Shown here piece after piece: positions 30,456 to 42,384 of a stretch of DNA of 64,000 nt; position 1 is the first letter of the stretch; every line of letters begins with the position of its first letter. The notes below the pieces were generated by a model that searched no databases, was not told the DNA's origin, and worked only from the letters and a program-made list of their open reading frames with translations. The stretch is from Octopus vulgaris (Eukaryota), in assembly GCA_951406725.2 (NCBI GenBank), contig OX597818.1, positions 83,638,001-83,702,000 of the forward strand. The letters are read 5' to 3'. A program made the position numbers and the translations under genes.

Positions 30456-30802
30456 TTTGTTATCCTAGAAGTACATATCGTTAGAAGCATGTGCGGTTCT
30501 ACCGACTTGCATTCTCTAACTTTTCAGACCATTGCGCAGACGCAAAACATACCCGGCGAACAGAGAGGATTCCGGTATAAGATCTACGATCAAATTTATC
30601 GAGTAATATGTAAACATAGTAAAAAGGGTAATAAAATAAATTATTACTACCGGTGATCTAGCACAAAAGATAAATTAGACATTAGGCTATATGTTATTCA
30701 TATATAAGTACATTAAAAGGCCTCTAAAAGAAGAAGCAAGTACTAGATACACAAAAAGGGGATAAATTCAATGAAATGAAAATCAAAAACGTTTACAAAC
30801 TC

Positions 30803-30885
30803 GGCTCATCTTATTCTGCAGTTTCGTCTTTTTTAGCAGAAAAATATAATTTATCTGCCAAGGCTAGACTGTTCAGTAAGCAGCC
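30803..30885 (-). ncRNA. Hammerhead copy with a mutated core (unit 2)
   Basis: Same fold as unit 1 but CUGAACA (G8C) and GAA in place of GUA at the cleavage triplet. Confidence 0.7.
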
Positions 30886-31221
30886 TTTGTTATCCTAGAA
30901 GTACATATCGGTAGAAGCATGTGCGGTTCTACCGACTTGCATTCTCTAACTTTTCAGACCATTGCGCAGACGCAAAACATACCCGGCGAACAGAGAGGAT
31001 TCTGGTATAAGGTCTACGATCAAATTTATCGAGTAATATGTATATTACTCGATAAATTTTTGTGTATCTAGTACTTGCTTCTTCTTTTAGAGGCCTTTTA
31101 ATGTACTTATATATGAATAACATATAGCCTAATGGCTAATTTGTCTTTTGCGCTAGATCACCGGTAATAATAATTTATTCTATTACCCTTTTTACTATGT
31201 ATATATATATATATATATATA

Positions 31222-32829
31222 CAGTTGCGGCCAAAATGTTCAGAATGGCATGGTTTTCGCCACAAAAGTAGATATAAGTTTTTATCAAAGTTGTTTTATG
31301 TTCTAAAAGTTTCACAATATCAATTGTTATTGTCTGAGATTTTGGTGTAATTTGAGAGGATAATACAAAAGTTATGGATGATTTAGTGATTTACTGCAAA
31401 ACCCATGGCGGCCAAAATGGCGGTTGAAAAAATAAAATAATCAAAAATGACAGAGAATACTGGAATTATTTAATATTTAATGTGAAGCCCTTTAGCTTCA
31501 ATCACACTTTGATATATTCGACTGCATGAGGAAATTAAATTTTCAATTTCATGCTAGGTGATCTTATTCCATTCTTCCTGAAGGGCATTCCATAATTGCT
31601 CGGTTGTTTTAGGATTTCTGGCTTTCGAACGTTCTTCTAGAATATTCCACACATTTTCAATAGGATTGAGATATTGGGTTTGAGCAGGCCAATCCATAAT
31701 AATAACCTTTTTAGCCTTGAGGAAGTTCATGACCACCTTAGCCTTGTGACATGGGGCATTGTCCTGCATGAATATGGGTGATCACTTAGTTGAATTTCTC
31801 AGCACGGGCAAGACATGATCTTTTACAAGTTGTTTATAAACTCCTGCATTTACCTTTCCGTGTAATCGCACCAAAGAGCCCACACCATCTCCAGATATCA
31901 TCCCCCAAACCATGACACTTCCTCCACCGAATTTAACACTAGGCTTAAGGCATTTAGGCGACAATTTTTCACCTACTTTTCAACGAACGTACCTTTTCCC
32001 ATCTGAGCCAAATAACATAAACTTAGATTCATCACTGAAATGCACCGTTTGCCATTTTTCTTGAGACCACAACACATGTTTGGTTGCAAAGGTAAGACGA
32101 CACTTTTTATTTTTGGAGCTGATCAGTGGCTTCACTGCAGGTGATCTTGCTTGTAGGCTATGCTCAACTAAACGAAGAGACACAGTTTTTCGAGATAATG
32201 TTTTCTTCAGTACAATGCTCATTTCCCGAATAACAGCAGCAGCAGTTTTAAATCTGTTCTTTTTAACCAACTTTATCATAGCACGATCTTCTCTCTTGGT
32301 CGTTTTTTTTTTGCCTACCTGTAGACGTTCTTGCTTTACATGAACCACAATCATCGAAGACCTTAAGAATACCATGAACAACACTTTTTGACTTGTTAAC
32401 AATCTTTGCAATAGACCCAATACTTAAATTATCCTTCTTTCGAAGCTTAATAGTCTGCTAACGAATTGGTAACGGAGTAAGTGGCATTATATTAACAAAG
32501 TACACTGCAGATATTCTTACTAATGTTTAGTAAACGAACCATCACGTAAACAAATTCAAAACATTAGAGTTCACCGGTTAAATATACTACAATATGGAGT
32601 AAAAGCAACCGTTCTGATTATTTTGGCCGGCATGGGTTTTGCAGTTAATCACTAAATCATCCATAACTTTTGTATTATCCTCTCAAATTACACCAAAATC
32701 TCAGACAATAACTATTAATATTGTATTTATTGTCTGTGAAAATTATAGAATATAAAACAACTTTGATAAAAACTTATACCTACTTTTCTGGCGAAAACAA
32801 TGCCGTTCTGAACTTTTTGGCCGCAACTG
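31222..32829 (-). mobile_element. Full-length Tc1-family DNA transposon (IR-DR type), 1608 bp, TA target
   Basis: Terminal inverted repeats CAGTTGCGGCCAAAA... of about 200-225 bp (31222-31425 and 32605-32829), with internal repeats of (G/C)CGGCCAAAAT. Flanked by TA within (TA)n. Confidence 0.97.
31470..32487 (-). pseudogene. Tc1 DD34E transposase pseudogene
   Basis: HTH region, TGR.KK-TTKREDR, WQTVHFSDESKF, KFGGGSVMVWG, QDNAPCH with 34 residues to the E of NPIE, and C-terminal GLHIKY*. In-frame stops and a frameshift in an A-run. Confidence 0.95.
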
Positions 32830-32861
<32 letters not shown>

Positions 32862-33275
32862 CACACAAAGGAATTTGAAAATGCACTAAGATTTGTTAAG
32901 AGCCTTTTATTTTCAAAATGTTGAAAGACTTACCCGGTTTCATTAATTTCTCTAATTTTGAAAAGTTGAGATAGAAAGACGTGAAGCTAAGCTACAGCTA
33001 CCTTGCTTCTGATTGTAATTCAAAAATCCCTCCTTTTTATTTTTGCAGTGTCCAGAATGGTAGTAGTCTAATAATTGAAAAAAGTAATTGATAAACTATA
33101 AATTACTTTGAGGCAATACCTGAGGAAGAATGAAGTGCACCTGGTTGAGCTATAGAAATTCGCATGAAACGGTCAATAACAATGGGGACGGCCATGAAGA
33201 TACTGCTTGTACCACTACTACTACAAATAATAACAATACTAATAATTAATAATAATAATGACAATAATAATAATA

Positions 33276-33329
<54 letters not shown>

Positions 33330-33828
33330 GATATAATAATAATAAGTTATTTCCTAATACGACTAAATAAGCATTTCTTTCCCCAGTCATGCCAGAAGCA
33401 AGGAAAACAACGTTTTTCGATTCTGAGAAAGTTTTAATATTGGTTAATATAGAGACACAATGGCGATCAATCTAAAAGTGTTTTAGTAGTCTCGAAACTT
33501 TCAAAAACTCAATCAATTTGAACATCATCAATAAAATCAGAAATATCAACAACGACCACGACGTTGAGTGAAGCAGCGAGCAACATCATTAGAATAATTA
33601 GCACCTAGGCAACAGTCAAAACCAGACATCTTCATCAAAGAAATAGCTTGCGGTAGTATTGCAATATCATTAATACATAATTTTAACCAACAGATCTACT
33701 TATGTAAACACCTGTACTTTTGCATACAGACATACAAAGTTAGATAAACACGTATATAAACTTACATTAATAGATTGATACATAACTGCTTAGATATACA
33801 TACAGGTATAGCATACATTACACATATA

Positions 33829-34299
33829 GGTGCAGGCATGGCTATGCGGTTATAAACTTCGCTTTCGAACGTTATCATTTCGCATTGAATCTCATTTGCG
33901 TGGCACCTTGTGCAAATGTCTTCTAATGTAACCCCGGGTAGACTGTTGCCTCTCGAGTCAATATGGCAGACACAAACTAAAATCTGTCGTATATATGTAG
34001 GGGAGACGCATTGGCCCAGTGGTTAAGGCACCTAACTCTCGATCGTAGGATCGCGGTTTCGAATCCCAGACCAAGTGTTGTGAGTGTTTATTGAGCGAAA
34101 ACACCTAAAGCTCCACGAGGCTCCAGCGGGGGGGGGGGGGGATCCCTGCTGTACTCTTTCGCCACAACTTTCTCTCACTCTTTCTTTTGTTGGCCTGATC
34201 GCTTAACCAGCGGGCTTGGCGTCATTTGAAGGCTAAAACAATACGAAGCGCATTGTGACCAGCAATGTGTAGCAACATGTTAAAGTCTGGTCGTTCACG

Positions 34300-34344
<45 letters not shown>

Positions 34345-34600
34345 GCGTGTGTGTGTGTATGCGTGAATGTGTGCTTATTTGTGTATGCGTGGGTATTTGC
34401 GTGAGTGTGTGTCTTTGTATCTGTTTGTCCCCACCCTAGCGCCTGACAACCGGTATTAATTTGTTTACGTTCCCCGCCATATAGCAGTTCGGTAAATGTA
34501 AACACTTATGAATATTACAAAATGTTTTTGACGGACTAGAACACTTCAAGCCGGTGCGTCAAGATGGCCGCAGTCCAATCACTGAAACAAGTAAAAGATA
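33829..34600 (+). mobile_element. SINE family A split by a nested SINE family C copy (33999-34302)
   Basis: Family A head at 33829-33995; family C copy GGGAGACGCATTGGCCCAGTGGTT...CACGGTGAT; family A 3' half resumes at about 34345-34600. Confidence 0.85.
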
Positions 34601-35049
34601 AAAAATAAAACTGCTCACATAAGTACGTGTAATTATATATATGCATGATGGCCTACAACTCACCTTCGCCTTTAGTAACCCCTTTCTTTTATTTTACAGA
34701 ATTTTACAGAAAAAGGAAATCAAGACAAGTCAACGATTCCTTCATCCAACCCTCAACAGCATTACCTACTGGATAGGACTTTGAAGACGGTATTCCGATT
34801 TTCACAACATACAGTCACATGTCCGTCTGAATTTCGATAGTCCCATCCTTACCTTGAGATTGAAAAGAAAATAGGCACGTATTAAGCAGTAACTGAAAAT
34901 CTATAGATTAGCAGCGCGGTCGTGTCATTATTTGTTTAACTGGTAATGACATTAACAATATTAATTGCATTATGATAAACTGCATTCCAAGTGAAACTAA
35001 AGAATTTTTAAGTGCTGACAAAGCTCTATATAGTGGCTATGCACACGTC

Positions 35050-35260
35050 TGCTTAACTCAATTTTTATTCAAAATTAAATTTCGGTGAATTTCCTCTGGA
35101 CAGATGATATCTAAAAGACGTGCAGATACTATCTCTTTGTCTTCAGTATCTTGGCCGTAAGCTCTTGACTTAGTTGTGAGAACATATTTTATGCACTCCA
35201 TGTAGCAGTTATCGACAGTGGTCTGCAAACACCAGTTTCTAGGGCCTGCATCAGAAGCTG
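35050..35260 (-). pseudogene. Possible decayed PLE GIY-YIG C-terminus
   Basis: IKYVLTTKSRAY...LILNKN loosely resembles the PLE C-terminal pattern KWxILxxxxAY...LLNKR. Confidence 0.3.
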
Positions 35261-35825
35261 TGTGAATTTCTCCCCCCCCCCTTATTTGCCCTCTTTCCTC
35301 CTCCTTTGCTTTTCGAAATCTTCTAGAGGGAATGTCTGCCTTTGGTAAATAGTAGTAAAGCAGAACAAAATGGTATTTGCCGTTTGCCTGCTCCACTAGT
35401 TAGATGGTTATATTTAGCCCTTACACTGGAGGGTAACTCTGGAATTGCTTTCTAGAATTAACAGGTCAACACTTGCATATCTAATCATATTCTGTTGAAC
35501 TACATGTTGCTTTGTGTCAACTCGGTCCTTAAGCTCTATTATTACTGAACTGTAAAGTGACTTTGAACCACGATTGAGCATCATTACCGATGTCGCTGGT
35601 CGTCACCTTTGTCCTTCGTATTCTCTTATACTGGAACACCCGTTCATCTCAATATTAAAGACCAGCCGTCTAGTTCTATGCTACACCAAACAAATGTTGA
35701 AACACCCTTCGTGTTATGTACTGACCAGAGATTCTCACAACTATTTCTATCTGTGTACACCACCACCATTTCAAAAATTGAATTATGATAGAGTATAACT
35801 ATCCCGCGTTTGACGTATTCCATAT

Positions 35826-36001
35826 ATTGGTTTCAAATTTTAGCACAAAACCAGCACATTTGTGGTAGAAGGTAAGTCGATTACATCGACCCCCGTGTTC
35901 AACTAGTAATTATTTCATCGAAACTGAAATGGAGAAAAGGCAAAGTCGACCTCAGTGGATTTGAAGCACAGTGTTTTAACGATTTTGCCTGCTCACCGCC
36001 T
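35826..36001 (-). mobile_element. SINE family B fragment
   Basis: GTCGATTACATCGACCCC...AAAGGCAAAGTCGACCTC...CTCACCGCC. Confidence 0.75.
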
Positions 36002-36508
36002 CAACATATTCCATATATTATACCTTTATAATTATTCCATGATCTCTTGTTTCCTAGATACGTCCTATATCGATTAATGATAGCAACGCTGTTGCGTTTA
36101 CTATTAAGGTTAATTTAAAATTCAGTTATTTGTATTTGTTACACGATAATTTATTTTGATTTTGGTATCTCTGTGTTTTCTCTTTTCTATTTTCGAATTA
36201 ATAGTCAATTTTATAGCTTTTAAATTTTGCGTGACATGTATATTGTGGCTCTAAACTGTGCATAGGTTTACGTCCAACCATCTCTATCTATTTCCTAAAC
36301 ACAACTTCAAAATATTTAAAGAAAAACAGACACACGATGCAGGCGTGGCTGCATCGTGAGAATCTTGCTTCCCAACCACATGGTTGCGGGTTCAGTCCCA
36401 CTGGATGGCACCTAGGGCAAGTGTCTTCTACAAGAGCCTCGGGTCGACCAAAATGTCTTAAGTGGATTTGGTAGACACTAGCTTAAAGATTCCCGTCGTG
36501 TGTGTGTA

Positions 36509-36557
<49 letters not shown>

Positions 36558-37004
36558 CACTAAAACTGACTTTTATTTTTTACTTTTTGGTTCGAAATTG
36601 CATCTAGCCACTTCAGTTATTTTATAGTTTTTACATTACCATTTTGCTGAATCAGCCATTGATTACTATGGTAAAATCTATAAATACTGACAAGTGGAAC
36701 TTAATTTCACCACTACCAATGGAATAATATCTTTGATGAGCATTATTTTCATGCGAAATTAACGCGCTAATCTCATACCCTTGCTTGCTGTGGAGAGTTT
36801 TTGTCTCCTTTGCCAGTGCATAGAATATGTGCTTTGTTTATGGCTAAAGAGTCTTTGACTTCTATTTCTAGCAATGCTGGTGCTCCCGACACAGTCACTT
36901 TTAGCAACAGTGAATTACATTGGTTTTTGTTTGAAATTGCATCTAGCCAACTTAATTATTATAAATATTATATATATCCTTTTTGTCAGGTTGAAAATGA
37001 TATT

Positions 37005-37700
37005 CATTCTAGAAAGTTAGGATTAAGCGAGCACATCGATATTTGCGCCACGAACGAACAACACAACTTTAGAATTTTTTCCCTCTACAAATTCAGGGAC
37101 AAATAATCAGCGCATTAGCAAAGTAGTATGTTTTATTGCAAAATATAACCCTCTCTTGAATACTTCCGCAACAGATGAAACTACAAGAATTTAGAACAAT
37201 TTCAACCACTACTGCTACGACCACAACAGGTCACTTGTAGGTCTTTTGACCATTAAAGAAAATTCCACTCTTGTATTTTTCTTTTCTTTCTTTTTCTTTC
37301 CCTACTCATAATTCTCTCCCTCCTTCATCTCCTCCTCTTTTTTCTTCTTCTTCCTCTTCTTCTTGTTCTCCTTCTTCTTCTACTCCCTCCGGTGCTCCTG
37401 CTTAAACCATCCCTATTCATAAAGCTATTCCTTCAGGTTTACTACTACTTACCACGCATTCACAAAAGAAGAGACAGTGAGAGAAACAGACTATCTGAAG
37501 ATTATGGAAATATTTAAAAACTTTTCACTTCAATTTTTTCTCCACTTTAATGCTTTTCTTATTTTGCTCTTAGTTGAAAAGGTCTAAAATCGGAAACCGG
37601 TACTAAAATGTACTTCAGGATAAAACCATTTTACCATTTTCTACCCTGTCTTATTTTCCTTATACTTATCAACTAGTGTGTTACTTTTCTACCCTGGCCG
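37005..37700 (+). mobile_element. 3' fragment of the same PLE family as 19680-21680
   Basis: RKLGLSEHIDICA...FSLYKFR...KYNPLLN is homologous to the GIY-YIG end at 20300-20470. The 3' UTR at 37560-37695 matches the reverse complement of 19680-19810. Confidence 0.85.
37570..37606 (+). ncRNA. Minimal type I hammerhead with a U3-A8 core variant
   Basis: UUAG-UUGAAAA-(weak stem II)-GAAA-CCGG-UA-CUAA. Stem I is UUAG/CUAA and stem III is the palindrome ACCGGU. Confidence 0.68.
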
Positions 37701-37705
37701 CAGTC

Positions 37706-37728
37706 ATATATATATATATATATATAAG

Positions 37729-37781
<53 letters not shown>

Positions 37782-37903
37782 TGTATGTATATATATATGT
37801 ATGTATGTATGTATATATGTAAGTATATATATATATATATATGTGTGTGTGTATATATATATATATATGTATATGTATATATATGTGTGTGTATATATAT
37901 ATG

Positions 37904-37940
<37 letters not shown>

Positions 37941-38009
37941 ATATATATATGTGTGTGTGTATATATATATGTGTGTGTGTGTGTGTGTATATATATATGT
38001 GTGTGTGTG

Positions 38010-38040
<31 letters not shown>

Positions 38041-38079
38041 ATATATATATATGTGTGTGTGTGTCTATATATATATATA

Positions 38080-38110
<31 letters not shown>

Positions 38111-38129
38111 GTGTGTGTATATATATATA

Positions 38130-38206
<77 letters not shown>

Positions 38207-38231
38207 ATATATATATATGTGTGTGTGTGTG

Positions 38232-38265
<34 letters not shown>
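37706..38265. repeat. Compound (AT)n(GT)n higher-order microsatellite
   Basis: Alternating (AT) and (GT) blocks with a period of about 20-26 bp. Confidence 0.95.
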
Positions 38266-38266
<1 letters not shown>

Positions 38267-40028
38267 ACCTTTGTGTCTGTGTTTGCCCCCAACACCGCTT
38301 GACAACCGGTGTCTTGGTGTGTTTACGTCTGCGTTAACTAGCGGTTCCAGAAAAGAGTCCGAGCGAATAAGTACCAGGCTTAAAATCAAAGAACAAAAAA
38401 AAAGTGCTGGGGTCGATTCAGTCGACTGAAATTTTTCTAATGACTGAAACAACTAAAAGATAAAAGATACGTTTTCATATACTCTATTCTATTAAATGGA
38501 ATGAATGTCCTGCTAAATATCGGTCATGGTTTCAATTTCTCTTACGTACATAGTAAACTTCATTGTTATTCTTACCTTTCTGAAATTTTATATTTTGTAA
38601 AAACTGTAGTATATCATTTTCATCCGAGTCGTCTACGTCTGGTAATCAAATACTGTCACTTGCCACGTGTTTAATTTGCATATTTTTCTTGAATGAACTC
38701 AAGTCAGTTCGATCCCATTGACCTACAACGCTTGAGAAGCACAAATTGCCGTCATTCGTTTCAGTTGCTGCTGCTGTTTGCACAGGTTTTCTTTCATTCA
38801 AATGAATGGTTACAACTCCAGTTCTTTTTGTATTTTCTCTTGTAAAAGCGCAAGTACTTCAGCTTTAAATTTCCTCTGTTTAATCTTCTTTTCATTGTCT
38901 TTCAAATGATGTTTTTTCTTGATCTTTTAAAAATAACATTGAGCAGTATGCCTTTACGTAACGAATTTTACAGCTAGCATTACTGTAGTGAACACATCCA
39001 TCTTGTTTCTTCTGAGGCAGATATTTTGCAGCCGTGTAAATATTGCAAATGGCAATTTGTCAAAAATCCGAAAACGGTTTAAATGTCTAAACACAAATCC
39101 CTGTGCAGCATTTATTTCATTTAAATGTTCCATTTATTTCAACTAAAGTTTGTCTGTTGCAAGTTATCCTTGGAAAAGACGAAGCGGCTCCTCAGTTCTA
39201 AATTTTATCGTTATTTTCATTTGAACAAGCTTGCACATTTGTGTGTTGGTGTTGCTATTTGTTTGTTTGTGAGAAATTTTTCCGTCAATACTATTATTTC
39301 TATTTATCACAAATAATTTTTTCTCTCAATCTGTTCGTTTATGACTTGTTTCTCCTTTTTCTAAAACAATCTGTGCTTTTATTTTGTTTTCCACAAATGT
39401 TTCTATGGGGAATATTTTCGGTTTTACAGAGGCTACAACTACTGTGGATAGCACCTCATACCGCTGCGGAAAACAAAGAGCGATTTTCAATTTGAAATAT
39501 AGCTGTTCAAAAAAATTAAACGAAATTGACCAAAATTGTAATATTTTGCCTAAAGAACATAGAATAATATTGAAAACCAAAGCCTCACATGATTTAAGAT
39601 AATATCCCTCGATTCTATACAGAAATAAACTTCTACATTTTGAGCAAACAAAATAACAGTGTTATCATCGCAGAAACAGAAGTAAACATCATTTTAGGAC
39701 CAGGAACATCAAGAATCGTCGAGGAAAACAAATATTATATTGTTTCTAGCAGAGGAAGAATTTCTAAAATTTATAGAAATAATTACCGATTCCATCGACC
39801 TCCAGGAATTGATTGATACTGTATTTTAACAACAATATAGGGTCAAAGTTGAAGTCGATCTTGCCCTAGAACTCCGGTGAAATATAGCCCCTATGAGCTT
39901 GACATAGGTATGTATATATATATATATATATATATAGTTGATCCAAAATGAAGAGAAAACAACAATGTGTGGATGTGGAAAATGTATAGTGTTATAGGAC
40001 GCTCAGGAAAGGAAAGAAAGAAGGATGA

Positions 40029-40060
40029 TTTAACGTTTCGAGCGGAGCTCTTCATCAGAG
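40029..40060 (-). ncRNA. Minimal PLE-type hammerhead motif
   Basis: Minus strand CUGAUGA-a-GAGC ucc GCUC-GAAA-CG-UU. Stem II is perfect; stem I is weak. Confidence 0.65.
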
Positions 40061-40285
40061 ATACAGAAAAAAAGGAAAAAGGGAAGAGGGAGAAAGAAAA
40101 TCGCCAACGATACACACGCGGTCACATATTAAAAACAATGTGTGTGCATTCAGTGCGAACAGTTTTGATAATAATAATCGTACTTTTCTATATGATTAAT
40201 GCTTATAGCGATCACACATATATATATGTGCTTGACTGAAATATCGACATGGCTACTTATATATGTGTGTATGTATATATATGTG

Positions 40286-40335
<50 letters not shown>

Positions 40336-40348
40336 TGTATATATACAC

Positions 40349-40564
<216 letters not shown>

Positions 40565-40601
40565 GTATATATATATAATATATATATATGTATATATACA
40601 C

Positions 40602-40633
<32 letters not shown>

Positions 40634-40918
40634 GACTGAATGAAGAGGCATATTCACATCTGTATGTTGGTTTTAACGCGGAGAAATATATTACTTAGAT
40701 ATAATTAGATCTTACATTTACTTCCGAAGAGTTCTATCGGTGCTGGTGTAGTGAAGGGGGAAAGTTTGGTTTGCAATGTTTATAGTTGTGTATGCTTGTC
40801 AAGAGCAGAGCTCTCATTTGTCAGCAGCGAAACCGCAAATGCAAAATATAAATTAGTCTTAGAGCGCACAATGTTCCTGATGGTCAGCAATGGTCTTCCT
40901 CGATCACGAGTGGACGGA

Positions 40919-40961
<43 letters not shown>

Positions 40962-40995
40962 CATGTATTCATACTTACACACATACATGTGTATA

Positions 40996-41410
40996 GGTGC
41001 AAGCTTGGCTTTGTGGTAAGAAGTTTCCTTCCCAACTACATGGTTTCGGGTTCAGTCCAGAGTGTGGCACCTTGTGCAAGTGTCTCCTACTTTAGCCTCA
41101 GGCCGACCAAAGCCTTGTGAGTTGATATGGCAGACGGAAACTGAAAGAAACCCGTCATATATATGTGCGTGTGTGTGCATGTCTGTGTCTGTCTGCCTAT
41201 CTGTGTGTCTGTGTTTTTCCACTCACCCTCGCTGGACAACCGATGTTGGTGCATTTACGTCACCGTAACTTAGCTGTTCGGTAAAAGACCCTGGTGGAAT
41301 AAGTACTAAGCTTACAATGTATAAGCCCTGAGATAGATTTATTCGACTAAAGCCTTTTAAAGCGGTGCTCCTGCATGGCCGCAGTCAAATGTCTGAAACA
41401 AGTAAAAGAA
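40996..41410 (+). mobile_element. Full-length SINE family A
   Basis: Colinear with 27623-28027; tail GCGGTGCTCCTGCATGGCCGCAGTCAAATGTCTGAAACAAGTAAAAG. Confidence 0.88.
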
Positions 41411-41691
41411 TAAAGTGAAAGATTATATATATATATATATGTATATATGTATAAACTAAATTAGAGATGAAACCATTATTAGGCAACTCAAACAGTGATA
41501 GACAGGGACCAAAACATAAAAACAAAAAATAAATATAATTAATATTATATATAATATATATATAAAATATAAAATTTTAAGATTTAACTTATTAAAAATA
41601 TTACATTTTAAGGGTATATATCTAAAAATTTTTAGATTTTTAGATTTTTAAATTTTTAAATTTTTAAATTTTTAAATATATATATATATAG

Positions 41692-41876
41692 GTGGTGCTG
41701 AAAATATAGGAAGATCAGTTAATTATGATTTTATTAATCATTTTCCCCTCTCAGATTCCCGCACTTATTGAGCTGGCCCTTCAGTTTTCCTAAGCCCTGT
41801 AAAAGAACTCGGTAATCTGGGCCTCCAAACAGACCTTTCGTGATAAACTTAATGCTAGGAACTTTTCAGCACCTCT
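41692..41876. mobile_element. Small mariner-type MITE remnant
   Basis: Short inverted ends GGTGCTGAAAA / TTTTCAGCACC within TA-rich flanks. Confidence 0.45.
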
Positions 41877-41925
41877 TATTATATATATGTGTGTGTGTTT
41901 ATATGTGTGTGTATGTGTGTGTGTT

Positions 41926-41960
<35 letters not shown>

Positions 41961-42384
41961 CAGATCAGGTCATGTGCTTTGAGCATTAAGATTAGACGAT
42001 TACTTGGAGATACTAGGCGAGTTATAAAAACCTGCCTAGACCAAGTCTCAAATATGTGAAGCAATTTACTTGTTCATTATTACATACTGTGTACATTAAA
42101 AGATATTCATCTCTCACCGGGCGGAGTACATTTTTGTTTTGATATCTTGAGGGAAAAGTAATCTAATATCCCATTGGTAAAATCATTTAGCTAGATGACG
42201 ACATCGTGAGTGTCGGTTATCAGAGCTGAACCAATAAAATGTTGACCCATCAGACCATAGTTTTGTTCGCACTAATGTTTTGAAGGCTTACATATGGGCA
42301 CGTGAGAGAAATGAATGAGAACACTGAAGAATTTCTGAGAAATATACATTTTTAAGGGCGTTGTAGTTCACTTGAAACATTCTA

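Larger units (their letters stand above)
30286..31200 (-). mobile_element. 430-bp tandem repeat (about 1.75 units plus an inverted partial unit), one hammerhead per unit; retrozyme/PLE-pLTR-like
   Basis: Unit 1 is 30286-30715 and unit 2 is 30716-31042, near-identical. Region 31057-31200 is the reverse complement of about 30614-30757. Flanked by (TA)n. Confidence 0.9.

Noticed and set aside
38520-39720. Complex region that may be a decayed DNA transposase (minus strand)
   Set aside because: Many stops, and no catalytic motif or TIR could be identified with confidence. Needs a profile search.
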